A DNA stretch of 64,000 nt from an uncultured virus (IMG/VR IMGVR_UViG_2643221865_000003) (IMGVR_UViG_2643221865_000003); one strand, 5' to 3'; counted from the first letter of the stretch, positions 9,165-19,608 are shown. A program made the numbers and translations. Notes: generated by a model not told the origin, from the sequence alone.

Positions 9165-10115
9165 ATGACCAAGAACCAGAAGCCAGTCACCCGCCGCGAC
9201 CTCGGCCTCGAGCGACAGGACGGCCACTCCTCCACTGAGTTCGCCGCCCACAAGAACACCGCCGCATCGGCCGCAGCCGCACCCCTCACCGCTCCGCAGC
9301 AGGCGATCGCCGACGCGGAAGCAGCCTGGTGGAACGCCATCGACGAGAAAGCTCGGGTGATGATCGCCGCCCAGAAGACTGTCGACGACGCGAAGGTGGC
9401 GCTGGTCAGCGCGCGGATCACCGCCGTGTACCCGGATGCTGTGTCCGCGAAGTTCGAACTCACCGGCGTGCAGAGTGGCAAATCCCTGCGACTTGTCGAG
9501 GTGACCGCCGGGAACGGATCTCAGACGTTCACACTCCAGGACGGCGACGCCACCCTCTACAACCAGGTCGCCCTCGACCTGAAGAACCTCCATGACGGCT
9601 TCGACGCCATCCCGATCGACACCGGAGGGTGGGGCGGCCGAGGATTCGGCACCATCAACCTCGGCCACAAGCACCGCGCCGACGCCGCCTTCGGAACAGC
9701 TGCCGGTGAACTCGACATGCGCAAGATGATGCCCGGCATCCTGGTGGAAGCCCGGAAGCTGCAGAAGCTCGACGACGAGAAGCTCGCCACGATCACCGAC
9801 GATGACCTGAACTTCGTCTACAACACGACGCTGGCTTTGGCGCTCGGAGACCTGCGGACGATGGAAGCGTCGTACCTGGTCGGGCAAATCCCTGAGGACA
9901 TGGACGGGTTCCTTCGCGAGGTGACCGTTGACGCTCCAGTCATGCATGGGATCTTCGCCCAGCTGAAGGATTGGGGCGTGCTGAGGGACGAGAACCTCGC
10001 AGCCGTCAGCCGAACGCAGGCCACCTGGCTGTACAACTCGTATGTCAAAGGGCCGCTGGAGGACTTCGCCTATGACCTGTGGGCGAAGTACGGAAACGAC
10101 ACCGAAGAGGGCTGA
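9165..10115 (+). CDS. hypothetical protein (class B set)
   Basis: Leaderless after class B motif; N-terminal ERQDGHSSTEFAA. Confidence 0.8.
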   Translation: MTKNQKPVTRRDLGLERQDGHSSTEFAAHKNTAASAAAAPLTAPQQAIADAEAAWWNAIDEKARVMIAAQKTVDDAKVALVSARITAVYPDAVSAKFELTGVQSGKSLRLVEVTAGNGSQTFTLQDGDATLYNQVALDLKNLHDGFDAIPIDTGGWGGRGFGTINLGHKHRADAAFGTAAGELDMRKMMPGILVEARKLQKLDDEKLATITDDDLNFVYNTTLALALGDLRTMEASYLVGQIPEDMDGFLREVTVDAPVMHGIFAQLKDWGVLRDENLAAVSRTQATWLYNSYVKGPLEDFAYDLWAKYGNDTEEG

Positions 10116-10179
10116 CGGTCAGTCAACGCAAAGGGGTCCGCATCCGCGCATGTAGGTGCTGAAAGAGAGGTCCCCTCCC

Positions 10180-10386
10180 ATGGACAGCACCGAACTCGAG
10201 TACAAGGCGAAGTGGCGGAACAACCGCACCGGCCGCACGTACTTCATCAACGCCTGGCACGACACCGACGGCGGATTCATCCAGCTGCTGTCTGATGCTG
10301 AGCCGCAGATGCTGCACTGGCTGACCATCAAGGGGTTCCGCCGCGACTACCGACCCGTCACCGACGAGAACGAGGCATCCGCATGA
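10180..10386 (+). CDS. hypothetical protein
   Basis: Class A motif 10144, GAGG RBS. Confidence 0.7.
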   Translation: MDSTELEYKAKWRNNRTGRTYFINAWHDTDGGFIQLLSDAEPQMLHWLTIKGFRRDYRPVTDENEASA

Positions 10387-10820
10387 TCGACATCGACACC
10401 CTCCCCACTGCTGAGAACAGCATCCCCAACGTCACCCCCCGCGCCGAGGAGATCTACGTCATCGAGACCGGCTACCCGTCCCTCGAAGACGTCGGCTTCG
10501 GCGAGTACACCTATACCCTCGCCACCGAGGAGGGGTTCTTCACCTCTCCGCGAGCAGCGCAGCTAAGGGTCGACGAGCTGAACGACTACGCCGACGACTA
10601 CGCCGTGCACGTGAACACCATCGAGCGGTCCAACTGGAAGGCCCGCGACACGTACAACCAGCTGATGGACCAGCGCGCCTACCTCCGGAAGAACGGGGTG
10701 ATCCCCGCGGGCGACGAGCCGCGCGAGCCGATCCCCGCGAAGCCGCGCGTGCACCACGAGTGGCTCATCATCATGCAGAAGAACCTGCACCGCGCCACGA
10801 AGCTCGGAGCCGCCGCATGA
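10383..10820 (+). CDS. hypothetical protein (family with 12263 and 13866)
   Basis: ATGA coupling; G(F/Y)(F/Y)T...A....D.LN and HEW motifs. Confidence 0.75.
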   Translation: MIDIDTLPTAENSIPNVTPRAEEIYVIETGYPSLEDVGFGEYTYTLATEEGFFTSPRAAQLRVDELNDYADDYAVHVNTIERSNWKARDTYNQLMDQRAYLRKNGVIPAGDEPREPIPAKPRVHHEWLIIMQKNLHRATKLGAAA

Positions 10821-11185
10821 GCACCCCCGTCACCCTCGCCGACGCGCTCGGCGGCGACATGATCACCGTCCAATTCCGTGACACGTACGAGCGGACCACG
10901 GTCATCACCACCGAAGGCGGCGCCCTCTACGCAGACGATCGTGCACTCCGGTCCAAGAACGGACTGATCGGCAAGGACGTCGAGTCGTACACGATCACCC
11001 GCCGCGACCTTCCCGATGATGGAAAGGAACGCGAGTTCGCAATCCGGATGATCGACGGCCGCATCATGAAGCAGTCCGTGTCTCCGACGTACGAGAAGGC
11101 CACCGACTACTTCTCCTCCGACCTCGACACGATCGTGTTCCGCGAGGTCAACCCATGGCAGAACATCGTGGAGGCCACCCGATGA
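10817..11185 (+). CDS. hypothetical protein
   Basis: ATGA coupling. Confidence 0.7.
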   Translation: MSTPVTLADALGGDMITVQFRDTYERTTVITTEGGALYADDRALRSKNGLIGKDVESYTITRRDLPDDGKEREFAIRMIDGRIMKQSVSPTYEKATDYFSSDLDTIVFREVNPWQNIVEATR

Positions 11186-11538
11186 CCGACGACGAGCTCG
11201 ACTACGCCATCTCCGAAACCCGCAACACCCTCACCGAGCTGCTCCAGGACCGCGCCAACCGGAGAGCCGCCCGCGGCGCCGAACTCCTCGCGAAGAACCC
11301 GTGGACGGTCGGCGAGTGGGTGTCCACGAAGTGGTCCGTCCACAACTACAAGGTGCTCTCCCTCAACCCGAAGAGCGTGGTCGTGGAGGCGACGTTCGGG
11401 ATGAAGGAGACGATCCCGCTGCACCGTGTGCACCCGGCGGAAATCACCAAAATCGGCGGGCCCGGCATCCAACTGCCAGCACCGATCAGGCCGCCGGCGC
11501 GCACACCGGGTAACTGGGGCTGGCAAGACGATGAGTGA
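11182..11538 (+). CDS. hypothetical protein
   Basis: GGAGG RBS, ATGA coupling. Confidence 0.7.
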   Translation: MTDDELDYAISETRNTLTELLQDRANRRAARGAELLAKNPWTVGEWVSTKWSVHNYKVLSLNPKSVVVEATFGMKETIPLHRVHPAEITKIGGPGIQLPAPIRPPARTPGNWGWQDDE

Positions 11539-11562
11539 CTTCAGCATCAACGGAGGACCGCC

Positions 11563-11958
11563 ATGGCTCAGCGCCGGAATCTGACGACGATCGAGACCGG
11601 GACGAAGTTCGCCGGTCTGATCAAGTACGCCCGAGTCGTTGAAGGGGATGTTGTCCACTACTCCTTCCGCAGCTTGAACGCCGCGAAGGTCCTTGAGGAA
11701 GCGCAATTCCGGTCCCGATTCCAGGATGAAGCGATCCGAGCCCACAACACCATCGTCGACGGACCATCGGACGCCGCAAGGCAGCGCGCTGACGTCGCCG
11801 ACCTGCTCGCCGCCTACCCCACCGGGAACCCGAAGCTCGACGCGGACATCCTCCGCGCCCGCGACGCCCTCGACAAACTCGACAAGACCATCGCCCACAC
11901 CACCTTGGTCACCGCCATGGCCAACGGGATGACCCTCGAACAGTGGAACAACTCCTGA
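11563..11958 (+). CDS. hypothetical protein
   Basis: GGAGG RBS. Confidence 0.75.
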   Translation: MAQRRNLTTIETGTKFAGLIKYARVVEGDVVHYSFRSLNAAKVLEEAQFRSRFQDEAIRAHNTIVDGPSDAARQRADVADLLAAYPTGNPKLDADILRARDALDKLDKTIAHTTLVTAMANGMTLEQWNNS

Positions 11959-11996
11959 ACCCGGTCGCCCACGACCCTGACACAGAAGAGACACGC

Positions 11997-12266
11997 ATGC
12001 CCAAGACAACCGACCCGCAGGACGCCCTCGCCCAGCTGTTCGACCAGGTGCTCCACACCGCCGGCGATGACGCCGGCCGACAGCTCGCTGTCGACCACTA
12101 CGACCTGATTCGCGACGCCATCACCCTGAACGACGAGGCTCGGGCTGAGAACCGGCGCTGCACCATCAATCACCTCGCCGACCTCGCCGAAACAGGCGAC
12201 GAAGAAGACCACGCCGACAAGTGGGCCCAGTGGCTCCGCAACCAAGCAGACCGAGGCGCCGTATGA
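11997..12266 (+). CDS. hypothetical protein
   Basis: ATG after a purine-rich RBS. Confidence 0.7.
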   Translation: MPKTTDPQDALAQLFDQVLHTAGDDAGRQLAVDHYDLIRDAITLNDEARAENRRCTINHLADLAETGDEEDHADKWAQWLRNQADRGAV

Positions 12267-12991
12267 GCATCTACCTGATCAACCGCACGGCGTACGACCA
12301 CGAGACGGGTGCCTGGGCCACCAGCGCCAACATCGACTCCGGCTACTACACCGACGCGGCGGCTGCAGAAGCGGAAGCCGACCGGCTGAACGCCCGCGAG
12401 CACGAGTACACGACCTACGCCAACATCGAACGCGGCACCATCCGTATGGAGCAGCTCGCCTACGACGAATACCTCCTGCAGAAGAAGGCGATCGCCGACG
12501 CCGGACTCACCTCCACCATCCCCGCCGTGCGTCCGCCGGCCCGAACCGAGCCACTCACTCACGAGCGGTGGCTGCAGGTCCACCCGTCCGACACATACGC
12601 CGTCGTCGAGGTGGGCCCCGCCGGCACCGGTCAGGCCGCCGCGCCCGGAATCCCGTCCCGCGAGGCCCTGGTCGCCGCGTTCACCGAAGCCCGACTCACA
12701 GCGCACAGGTTCCGCGGCGAGGATGGCTACACGTCCGTCGCCATCCACACAGACGAGACCGCCGCCGAGCTGGCCGCAGACGTCGTCATCAAGTTGATCG
12801 GTGCTGCCGACGCGGGCCCGGCCGAAGCCACCGCAGCCGACACCACCGAGACCACCATCGACGAGGAGCAGCCGGTCGCAACCTGGTACGACCTGGACCG
12901 GCACCGCCAGAAGCAGGACTGCTCGTACCGGGACGCCTACAAGTACTTCCGGACCAACGGGTACGACATGGCCGCCGTCCCGGAGCCCTGA
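12263..12991 (+). CDS. hypothetical protein (paralogue of 13866)
   Basis: ATGA coupling; YL.QK.AI..AGLTSTIP.VR shared with 13866. Confidence 0.8.
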   Translation: MSIYLINRTAYDHETGAWATSANIDSGYYTDAAAAEAEADRLNAREHEYTTYANIERGTIRMEQLAYDEYLLQKKAIADAGLTSTIPAVRPPARTEPLTHERWLQVHPSDTYAVVEVGPAGTGQAAAPGIPSREALVAAFTEARLTAHRFRGEDGYTSVAIHTDETAAELAADVVIKLIGAADAGPAEATAADTTETTIDEEQPVATWYDLDRHRQKQDCSYRDAYKYFRTNGYDMAAVPEP

Positions 12992-13046
12992 TCGACAAGA
13001 ATCTCGGCGGTCCGCGCATGTAGGTGTCGAAGAAAGAAGGACACCC

Positions 13047-13325
13047 ATGCCGCAGCCCACCCAGGAGCCCACCGAACCGCCCTGCTCGTTCCAGCCAGAG
13101 ATCTGGTCGATCGAGTTCGTCGACGGCGCCCCCGTGATGCTCTGCAACACCCACGGCCACGCCGGCTGGGGTGAAGTGTACGAGTTCGAGCCCGGCGAAG
13201 CCGTCGGCACCTGCCAGTACTTCGACGACCCCTCCACCGGCGACCTGACCCGGTACGACCAGGACGACGTCCACCGGATGCGCACGAACACCCAGCACGA
13301 CCTGTACTCGGTGGTCGGTCGATGA
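13047..13325 (+). CDS. hypothetical protein
   Basis: Class A motif 13012, GAAGGA RBS. Confidence 0.7.
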   Translation: MPQPTQEPTEPPCSFQPEIWSIEFVDGAPVMLCNTHGHAGWGEVYEFEPGEAVGTCQYFDDPSTGDLTRYDQDDVHRMRTNTQHDLYSVVGR

Positions 13326-13552
13326 GCGCATTCGCTGAAGTCACCATCAACTGCGACGGTCCCGCCCTCAGCCACCGCGCCCCCAACCTCCCCTCCGACC
13401 TCGGCGGCTGCCCCGGCTGGTTCCAGTCCGACACCGCCCGCACCGGCGAAGCCCGCCGGCAAGCGAAACGAGCCGGATGGCGCACCGAACGCGTCGACGG
13501 CCGCACCTACGACATCTGCTTCGCCCACCACCCTGAAGGGAACCCCTCATGA
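13322..13552 (+). CDS. small Cys-containing protein (CD..C..GW..D.C..H)
   Basis: ATGA coupling; starts MSAF like the next gene. Confidence 0.7.
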   Translation: MSAFAEVTINCDGPALSHRAPNLPSDLGGCPGWFQSDTARTGEARRQAKRAGWRTERVDGRTYDICFAHHPEGNPS

Positions 13553-13869
13553 GCGCTTTCGTTGAATGCTTCCTCTGCGACCAGCGGATCACCACCCACG
13601 CAGACCACCTCACCGACAAGCAGATCGCGAAGGAGTTCGCGAAGAAGGGCTGGACGGTCGGACCGAGCCGCTGCCCCGAGCACGTCGGCCTGGACGCAGC
13701 ACCTCCGAAGGAGGACTGCACCCTGGAGCACGACCCGGAACCGATGCTCCGAACCGGCATGGCCGCATCCTGCCAGACCGTATGGATGAAGAAGGCCCGG
13801 TTCTCACCCCGCGAAGGCACCTGCCGCTGGTACGACCACTACGTCACAGACAAGGCAGCAGCAGCATGA
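13549..13869 (+). CDS. small Zn-finger-like protein
   Basis: CxxC...GW....CPEH. Confidence 0.7.
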   Translation: MSAFVECFLCDQRITTHADHLTDKQIAKEFAKKGWTVGPSRCPEHVGLDAAPPKEDCTLEHDPEPMLRTGMAASCQTVWMKKARFSPREGTCRWYDHYVTDKAAAA

Positions 13870-14237
13870 CCATCTTCATGATCGAAGTCGGAACGCTCGA
13901 CAACGACCGATACATGAAGTGGGCGGTCTATCCGGACTTCGGCTACTTCACCGAACGCAAGGACGCTGAGGCGAAGATCGACCGGTTGACCGACCGCACC
14001 GCTGAGTACAAGAAGTACGTCGCCTCCCGGTACCGAGTCACACCAGCCGACACGGAACGGTACGAGTCGTACCTCGCACAGAAGGCAGCGATCGAAGCCG
14101 CCGGCCTCACCTCCACCATCCCCGTTGTTCGGGAGCCGAAGGATGCTGTCGCCGTCAGCTACGAGAAGTGGCTGGCTGGGCAGCCGGCCGACACCAGGTA
14201 CGACGTCTACGAAGTCGAGCCTGGGAAGGCAGCGTAG
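13866..14237 (+). CDS. hypothetical protein (paralogue of 12263)
   Basis: ATGA coupling; shared motif. Confidence 0.8.
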   Translation: MTIFMIEVGTLDNDRYMKWAVYPDFGYFTERKDAEAKIDRLTDRTAEYKKYVASRYRVTPADTERYESYLAQKAAIEAAGLTSTIPVVREPKDAVAVSYEKWLAGQPADTRYDVYEVEPGKAA

Positions 14238-14267
14238 CCGGGCGCTCACGCCACATGGCTCACCTGT

Positions 14268-14654
14268 ATGCCAGTGAAATCCGGACCGATGCACGCGTCC
14301 CGGTGCGATCGCACCGACGTCCACGAACGCCACCGCCACACCTATGGTGTCGACGACGAAGACGGGTACGAAGTCTGCGACGGGATCGAACCGCCCCCGC
14401 CGCCCCGCCTGCTGCCGCCGGAACTGGTGGAGCTCCGCCGTCTCGCGGAAGCCGCAACCGACGGCCCCTGGAACACATACGAGACTCTGCACGGCGAAAA
14501 CCACGTCATCGACGGCCGCGGGTTCCTCGGAGGCGGGATCATCGCCACCACCACGTACAACCGGGAGGACGCTGCGTTCATCGCAGCCGCGAACCCGGAA
14601 GTCGTTCTCGAGCTGATCGCCCGCATCGCGAAGCTCACCGGAGTGAACACGTAG
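14268..14654 (+). CDS. Ead/Ea22-like phage protein
   Basis: LRRLAEAATDGPW...DAAFIAAANPEVVLELI signature; class C motif 10 nt upstream. Confidence 0.75.
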   Translation: MPVKSGPMHASRCDRTDVHERHRHTYGVDDEDGYEVCDGIEPPPPPRLLPPELVELRRLAEAATDGPWNTYETLHGENHVIDGRGFLGGGIIATTTYNREDAAFIAAANPEVVLELIARIAKLTGVNT

Positions 14655-14677
14655 CGACCAAATCCCCAGCAGCACGC

Positions 14678-14717
14678 AGAAGCCCCGCACCAGATGATCT
14701 CGGTGCGGGGTTTCTTG
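14678..14717. terminator. bidirectional intrinsic terminator
   Basis: AGAAGCCCCGCACC...GGTGCGGGGTTTCT between convergent genes. Confidence 0.8.
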
Positions 14718-14728
14718 TTGTCCTGGGG

Positions 14729-15370
14729 TCAGCGTTCGATGAACCCGGCGGGGATCCCGTCGCGGTCGCGGCCGGCGAGGAACTCGCGGAGGTTGGTGAG
14801 GATCGTCTCGTGGTTGTCGCGGGTCATGCCGTCCACCTTGGAGTTGTTGTGGAACCCGTCCACGAGCTCGTCGACTGTGGTCGGGAACGTCCCGCCGAGG
14901 TCTTCGGTGTCGAGCTCGATGATGACGTCCTGCTCCTCCCAGTTGCCGGTGCCGCCGGACTCCAGGCGGGCGTCGTCGAACGCGTCACGGATCCACTGGT
15001 CGATGACGTTGGTCCGGTCGTTCAGGTAGGCGGTGGAGTCCGTGACTCCGGACGGGACCGCGTCGTAGAAGTCGAACCGGACGTGGCCGGTGGCGACGAG
15101 CTCCGAGCCGCCGGTCTCCTCGTAGATCGTGGCGCTCTCATCGGTGCGGAACACCGCGATCGTGTGCAGGGCGTCGTCCTCGACGTCGAACATCCACTCG
15201 GTTCCCTCGCTGATGTCGTCGAAGTCGCTGGCCATCGTGATGTTCAACCCAGCTTCAGGGGAGGTCTGCACGTTCGCGTACCTGCCGTCCTGGTTCCGCA
15301 GGACACCCTCATCGAGGTAGGCGAATGTCCCATCCGGGTTGGTGTGCTTGGGGCGGTTGATGTTGTTCAT
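14729..15370 (-). CDS. acidic hypothetical protein (class B set)
   Basis: Leaderless after minus-strand class B motif; N-terminal HTNPDGTFA and RNQDGRYA. Confidence 0.8.
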   Translation of the reverse strand: MNNINRPKHTNPDGTFAYLDEGVLRNQDGRYANVQTSPEAGLNITMASDFDDISEGTEWMFDVEDDALHTIAVFRTDESATIYEETGGSELVATGHVRFDFYDAVPSGVTDSTAYLNDRTNVIDQWIRDAFDDARLESGGTGNWEEQDVIIELDTEDLGGTFPTTVDELVDGFHNNSKVDGMTRDNHETILTNLREFLAGRDRDGIPAGFIER

Positions 15371-15460
15371 GACCTGTAGGTGTGTGGGCTGGTTCCAGCG
15401 ATTGCCTGGCTGTCCGCACATGTAGGGGGCGAAGAACACTCTCACCGAAGGAGCACGCCT

Positions 15461-15778
15461 GTGCCGACATCCACGAAGTTCACCCACCGCATCCTCGCGG
15501 CGCTCGAGGGCGCCTCAACGGAAGGCGCCACCGGCCGTGAGCTCGCGAAGCAGCTGTGGCCGGACTCCCCCGCCTGGGATCGCCGCACCCGCGGCCGCAG
15601 CGGCAACAGGAACGGCGCCCTCGGCGGAACCCTCCCGATGAAGGGCGCGAAGGCGGGCCACGACATGGTGAACCTCGGGTACGCCCGAGTCCTGTACACC
15701 GAGTACAGCCAGCCGCTGTTCTCGATCACCGACACCGGACGCGCCGTCCTCGCACGAACGGAAAACGTCCCCGCATGA
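15461..15778 (+). CDS. putative winged-helix DNA-binding protein
   Basis: Class A motif, AAGGAG RBS; ATGRELAKQL...ITDTGRAVL. Confidence 0.6.
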   Translation: MPTSTKFTHRILAALEGASTEGATGRELAKQLWPDSPAWDRRTRGRSGNRNGALGGTLPMKGAKAGHDMVNLGYARVLYTEYSQPLFSITDTGRAVLARTENVPA

Positions 15779-16179
15779 CCCATGTACTCACGATCACGAA
15801 CGTCGACCATGACCCGGAGTTCGGGCATCAGGACGACGACGTCGCATGGACGGCGCTGTGCGACAACACCTGCAACCTCTGGTGGGAATGCACGGAGTGC
15901 AGCCCGCCTGCCAACATCGACTCGTACGAGAGCTACGAAGCACACGGCGACGAGCACGAACACCGCGAGGGCTACTGGGCGATCATCAACCAGAAGATCT
16001 GCGCAGTCGGCCAGTGCGACGGCGCCTCCGAGGCGATCAACGATGCGATCAACACTCAGCTGTTCCGCCACAACCGCACATTCGTCGTCGGCGAGACGAT
16101 CCCGTTCGACCTGGACTTCGAGGGCGACGACTACTGGACTGTCACTTTCACCGAGGCCGCAGAGAGTGCGGCAGCCTGA
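15775..16179 (+). CDS. Cys/His-rich hypothetical protein
   Basis: ATGA coupling. Confidence 0.7.
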   Translation: MTHVLTITNVDHDPEFGHQDDDVAWTALCDNTCNLWWECTECSPPANIDSYESYEAHGDEHEHREGYWAIINQKICAVGQCDGASEAINDAINTQLFRHNRTFVVGETIPFDLDFEGDDYWTVTFTEAAESAAA

Positions 16180-16442
16180 TGGGGTTCCGCCGTAAGAGCG
16201 CCCCGTCACGACAGCCGGTGATCCCCGGCGAACGCTGCCCAGCGGTCCGCACGAACTCCTCCCGCGACCCCAACGTCACCACCACCCGCACCCTCCGCGG
16301 TGGCCGGGAAGGAACCACCACCTGCGCCATGTGCGGATCCACCGTCGCCGTGTCGCAGGCCACCTCCGATGACGGCGCCCCGATGACCGCTTGGTACTAC
16401 GGCCCGCACACAGTACCTACGAAGGAAGGCTCGCTGCCATGA
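16179..16442 (+). CDS. small Zn-ribbon protein
   Basis: TGATG coupling; C..CAMC..H. Confidence 0.6.
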   Translation: MGFRRKSAPSRQPVIPGERCPAVRTNSSRDPNVTTTRTLRGGREGTTTCAMCGSTVAVSQATSDDGAPMTAWYYGPHTVPTKEGSLP

Positions 16443-16759
16443 CCACGAAGAAGGTCGGAGAGATCGTCATCCGGATCCCGCTCATGCGCGGCGAAACCGG
16501 ACGAGCAGATTTCATTGAAGCCGGCAACGTCGACATCCTCGCCCTGGACTTGAAGGGCGACAACATCGAACTCGCCCGCAAGGAGCTCGCCGACGGCGAC
16601 TTCTGGGGTGAGACGGACCTGTACCTGAAGGTCCGAGACGCAGTGAACGCCCGCCCGACCGGGCAGGAGATCGCAGCCCAGATCCTCGCGCAGCCCTGGC
16701 TGCAGGAGATCCTCGCCCAGACGCGGGCCGAGCAACACGAAACGAAGCGTGATGCCTGA
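16439..16759 (+). CDS. hypothetical protein
   Basis: ATGA coupling. Confidence 0.7.
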   Translation: MTTKKVGEIVIRIPLMRGETGRADFIEAGNVDILALDLKGDNIELARKELADGDFWGETDLYLKVRDAVNARPTGQEIAAQILAQPWLQEILAQTRAEQHETKRDA

Positions 16760-16946
16760 AACGCGCGCAGCCGAGCACTCTGAGCTCCCCGAGCTCCCCT
16801 ACCTGACCGGACCGAAAGTCGAATGGGGAGTCATCCTCGACGACGTCGGATCCACAGACATCTTCGACACCGAGCATGAAGCCCGCACCGCCCAGCTCGA
16901 CGGCGGGCAACTGGTGAAGATCACCACCGAACCGGTCATCGACTAG
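16752..16946 (+). CDS. hypothetical protein
   Basis: Overlap coupling. Confidence 0.6.
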   Translation: MPETRAAEHSELPELPYLTGPKVEWGVILDDVGSTDIFDTEHEARTAQLDGGQLVKITTEPVID

Positions 16947-17151
16947 AGAGCGGTACGAGCTCCTCCAAGGGTGCTCAGGCGAACCCGTCGTCGCTGTCGC
17001 CTTCGTCGTCCGGACCGTCGTGATCCTCCATGCGGACCGGGACAGCATGCGGTTCCCACAGCACCAGAGCTGGAACGCGCCAGGACTGCTCAATCCCGCA
17101 CATGAAGGAGATGAGGGACGGACCGCCCGGACCTCAGTTCAGGGATTCCTC

Positions 17152-17472
17152 ATGCAGATCGGCGATACTGTCACCACCGAAACGGAACTGCGAGCCCTCC
17201 CGGCTGGCACTGAGTTCATCGACGGACGTGGACGCCCGTGGGATTTCGGTTCCGAGCAGTGGTCCACGGATCTACGTGAACGGCATCTGGTCGTTGGTCT
17301 CATCCCCAACCTCCCCATGCACATTCGGATGCTCCGGCATCCGGCTGAGACATCCCGCCCTGACCTCGTAGCTGAGGCCGACCGGATCCTCCGGCTGTCC
17401 GAGCACGATCGCCGGTGGGCCCTCCTCGACCTCCTGGTCGCGGCAGACCACCCCAACGGGGAATACCGCTGA
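17152..17472 (+). CDS. hypothetical protein
   Basis: Class A motif 17096; ELRALPAGT..D..G..W. Confidence 0.65.
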   Translation: MQIGDTVTTETELRALPAGTEFIDGRGRPWDFGSEQWSTDLRERHLVVGLIPNLPMHIRMLRHPAETSRPDLVAEADRILRLSEHDRRWALLDLLVAADHPNGEYR

Positions 17473-17525
17473 CCGGCGTGCCCCCGATAGCCTCCCACCA
17501 GCCCGACCCGAACGAAGGAGCCACT

Positions 17526-19559
17526 GTGCGCACAGCCGCGCCCACCCGCAACCCCGGCACACGCCGCGCCATCGCCGCCGCCACCACCGCAACCCTCGCC
17601 CTTCTCGGCGGCCTGCTCAGTGCAGCGCCAGCCCATGCTGATGAGGACACCGCTGTTCCCCTCGTGACCGCGAGCAACATCTCTGTCACCAGCAGCTACA
17701 ACGGCGCCGACTACGACGTCCATGTCGCCTACGACGCCGCCTTCGCGGACACCTGCACGTACGGTCAAGTGAACCCGGTCGTCATCACCCCGAACCCGTC
17801 CGGCTTCGACGACCCCGCCTACCGGGTCCAGGACAACGGTTGGGTGGACGTGACCGCCAGCGGCGCGAACACCGTCGACTTCACCCTGCCCGCCGCCGGC
17901 ACCTACCAGCTCGGCATGTTCACCGCTGTGAACGCTGCCGGCAGCTGCGACGTGACCAGCGACGTGAACCCGACCCTCGCCGGCACGGCTGACTTCACTG
18001 TCGTCGCCCCGGTCACCCGCAACGAGACCGCACCCACGATCTCCGGCACCGCAACGGTCGGGAAGACCCTGACTGCGACCCCCGGCACGTACTGGCCGGG
18101 CACCGCTGTCGTCACCTACCAGTGGAACCGGAACGGCGCGCCGATTGCCGGAGCGACCAACTTGGCGTACGCGCTCAGCGCAGCCGACAGCAAGACGAAG
18201 GTCACCGTCACCACCACAGGCGCAGACGAGCAGTTCGGTTCCGCATCCGCGACCTCCGCCGCTGTCACCGTGCAGCCAGGGACGATCACCGCGTTCACCC
18301 CCACCATCACCGGCACGAAGACGGTCGGGCAGACGCTGACCGCTGTCACGCCCGCCGGTCTCACCTACACCTACCAGTGGTACCGCGGGTCGTCGAAGAT
18401 CTCCGGAGCCACCGGACGCACCTACAAGCTGGTGACCGCTGACGGCGGGACCACCGTGAAGGTGGCCGTGGTCGGCTCCAAGTCCGGGTACACCTCCCTG
18501 ACCCGCACCTCCGCATCGACCAGCACCATCGTGAAGCTGCTCACTGCGACTCCAACCCCGAAGATCACCGGCACCGTGAAGGTTGGCTACAAGCTGACCG
18601 CTGTCGCCAGCACCTGGGCTCCCGCAACCGTCTCGTTGAAGTACCAGTGGTACCGCGACGGTGCCGCGATCAGCGGCGCCACCGGCTCGACCTACACTGT
18701 TGCCGGGTCCAGCGCCGGGAAGCGCATCACCGTGAAGGTGACCGGAGCCAAGACCGGGTACGCAACCGTCGCCAAGACGTCCAAGTCCACCGCCGCCGTC
18801 GCGAAGGGCACCATCACGATGGGCGCCCCGAAGATCAGCGGAACCGTGAAGGTCGGGTACACGCTGACCGCCGCACGAGCCTCCTCCGCACCCACCACCG
18901 GCGTCACCTACAAGTACCAGTGGTACCTGAACGGCGCAGCAGTCTCCGGAGCAACCAGCTCCAAGCTGGGGTTGAAGACGTCCATGCAGGGCAAGCAGGT
19001 CCAGGTGCGGGTCACCGCGTCCGCGACCGGCTACGGCACTCTCGGGGTGTCATCGGCGAAGACCGTTGCTGTCGCAGCGGCCGCATCCGCCATCAAGGGC
19101 GACGGCACCTACCGTGTCGGCATCGACGTGAAGGCCGGCACCTACTACACCGCCTCCACCACCAACTGCTACTGGGAGCGGTCGTCCTCCAGCCGCGACA
19201 TCATCGACAACAACTTCGGCTCCGGCCGACAGATGGTGACGATCTCCGCGACGGACAAGTACTTCGAGTCCGACCGTTGCGGTGCGTGGTACCGGTACGA
19301 CGGCACCGGCAAGAACGCCTCCTCGTTCCCCGGTGACGGCATGTACGCAGTCGGGGTTGACGTCCGCCCGGGCACGTACAAGTCCTCCGGCGGGAATGGT
19401 GGCTGGTGCTACATCGCATCACTTTCTACCCTCTCCGGAGGCTACGACGACATCATCGACAACGACGGCAGCGGCAGCGGAACCAAGTACTGGGAAGTGC
19501 ACGCCGGCGAGTTCGTCGACACCAGCGGCTGCGGAACCTGGACACGCGTCAGCAACTAG
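17526..19559 (+). CDS. secreted surface protein with four Ig-like 'P.I.G...VG.TL...YQW' repeats and a duplicated C-terminal 'GDG.Y.VG.DV..GTY' domain
   Basis: AAGGAG RBS, signal peptide ending PAHA, repeats visible in the translation. Confidence 0.85.
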   Translation: MRTAAPTRNPGTRRAIAAATTATLALLGGLLSAAPAHADEDTAVPLVTASNISVTSSYNGADYDVHVAYDAAFADTCTYGQVNPVVITPNPSGFDDPAYRVQDNGWVDVTASGANTVDFTLPAAGTYQLGMFTAVNAAGSCDVTSDVNPTLAGTADFTVVAPVTRNETAPTISGTATVGKTLTATPGTYWPGTAVVTYQWNRNGAPIAGATNLAYALSAADSKTKVTVTTTGADEQFGSASATSAAVTVQPGTITAFTPTITGTKTVGQTLTAVTPAGLTYTYQWYRGSSKISGATGRTYKLVTADGGTTVKVAVVGSKSGYTSLTRTSASTSTIVKLLTATPTPKITGTVKVGYKLTAVASTWAPATVSLKYQWYRDGAAISGATGSTYTVAGSSAGKRITVKVTGAKTGYATVAKTSKSTAAVAKGTITMGAPKISGTVKVGYTLTAARASSAPTTGVTYKYQWYLNGAAVSGATSSKLGLKTSMQGKQVQVRVTASATGYGTLGVSSAKTVAVAAAASAIKGDGTYRVGIDVKAGTYYTASTTNCYWERSSSSRDIIDNNFGSGRQMVTISATDKYFESDRCGAWYRYDGTGKNASSFPGDGMYAVGVDVRPGTYKSSGGNGGWCYIASLSTLSGGYDDIIDNDGSGSGTKYWEVHAGEFVDTSGCGTWTRVSN

Positions 19560-19573
19560 CCGAGGAACTGAAT

Positions 19574-19608
19574 GAACGGCGGGCACCCTCATGGTGTCCG
19601 CCGTTCGT
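19574..19608 (+). terminator. hairpin terminator
   Basis: GAACGGCGGGCACC..GGTGTCCGCCGTTC. Confidence 0.65.
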
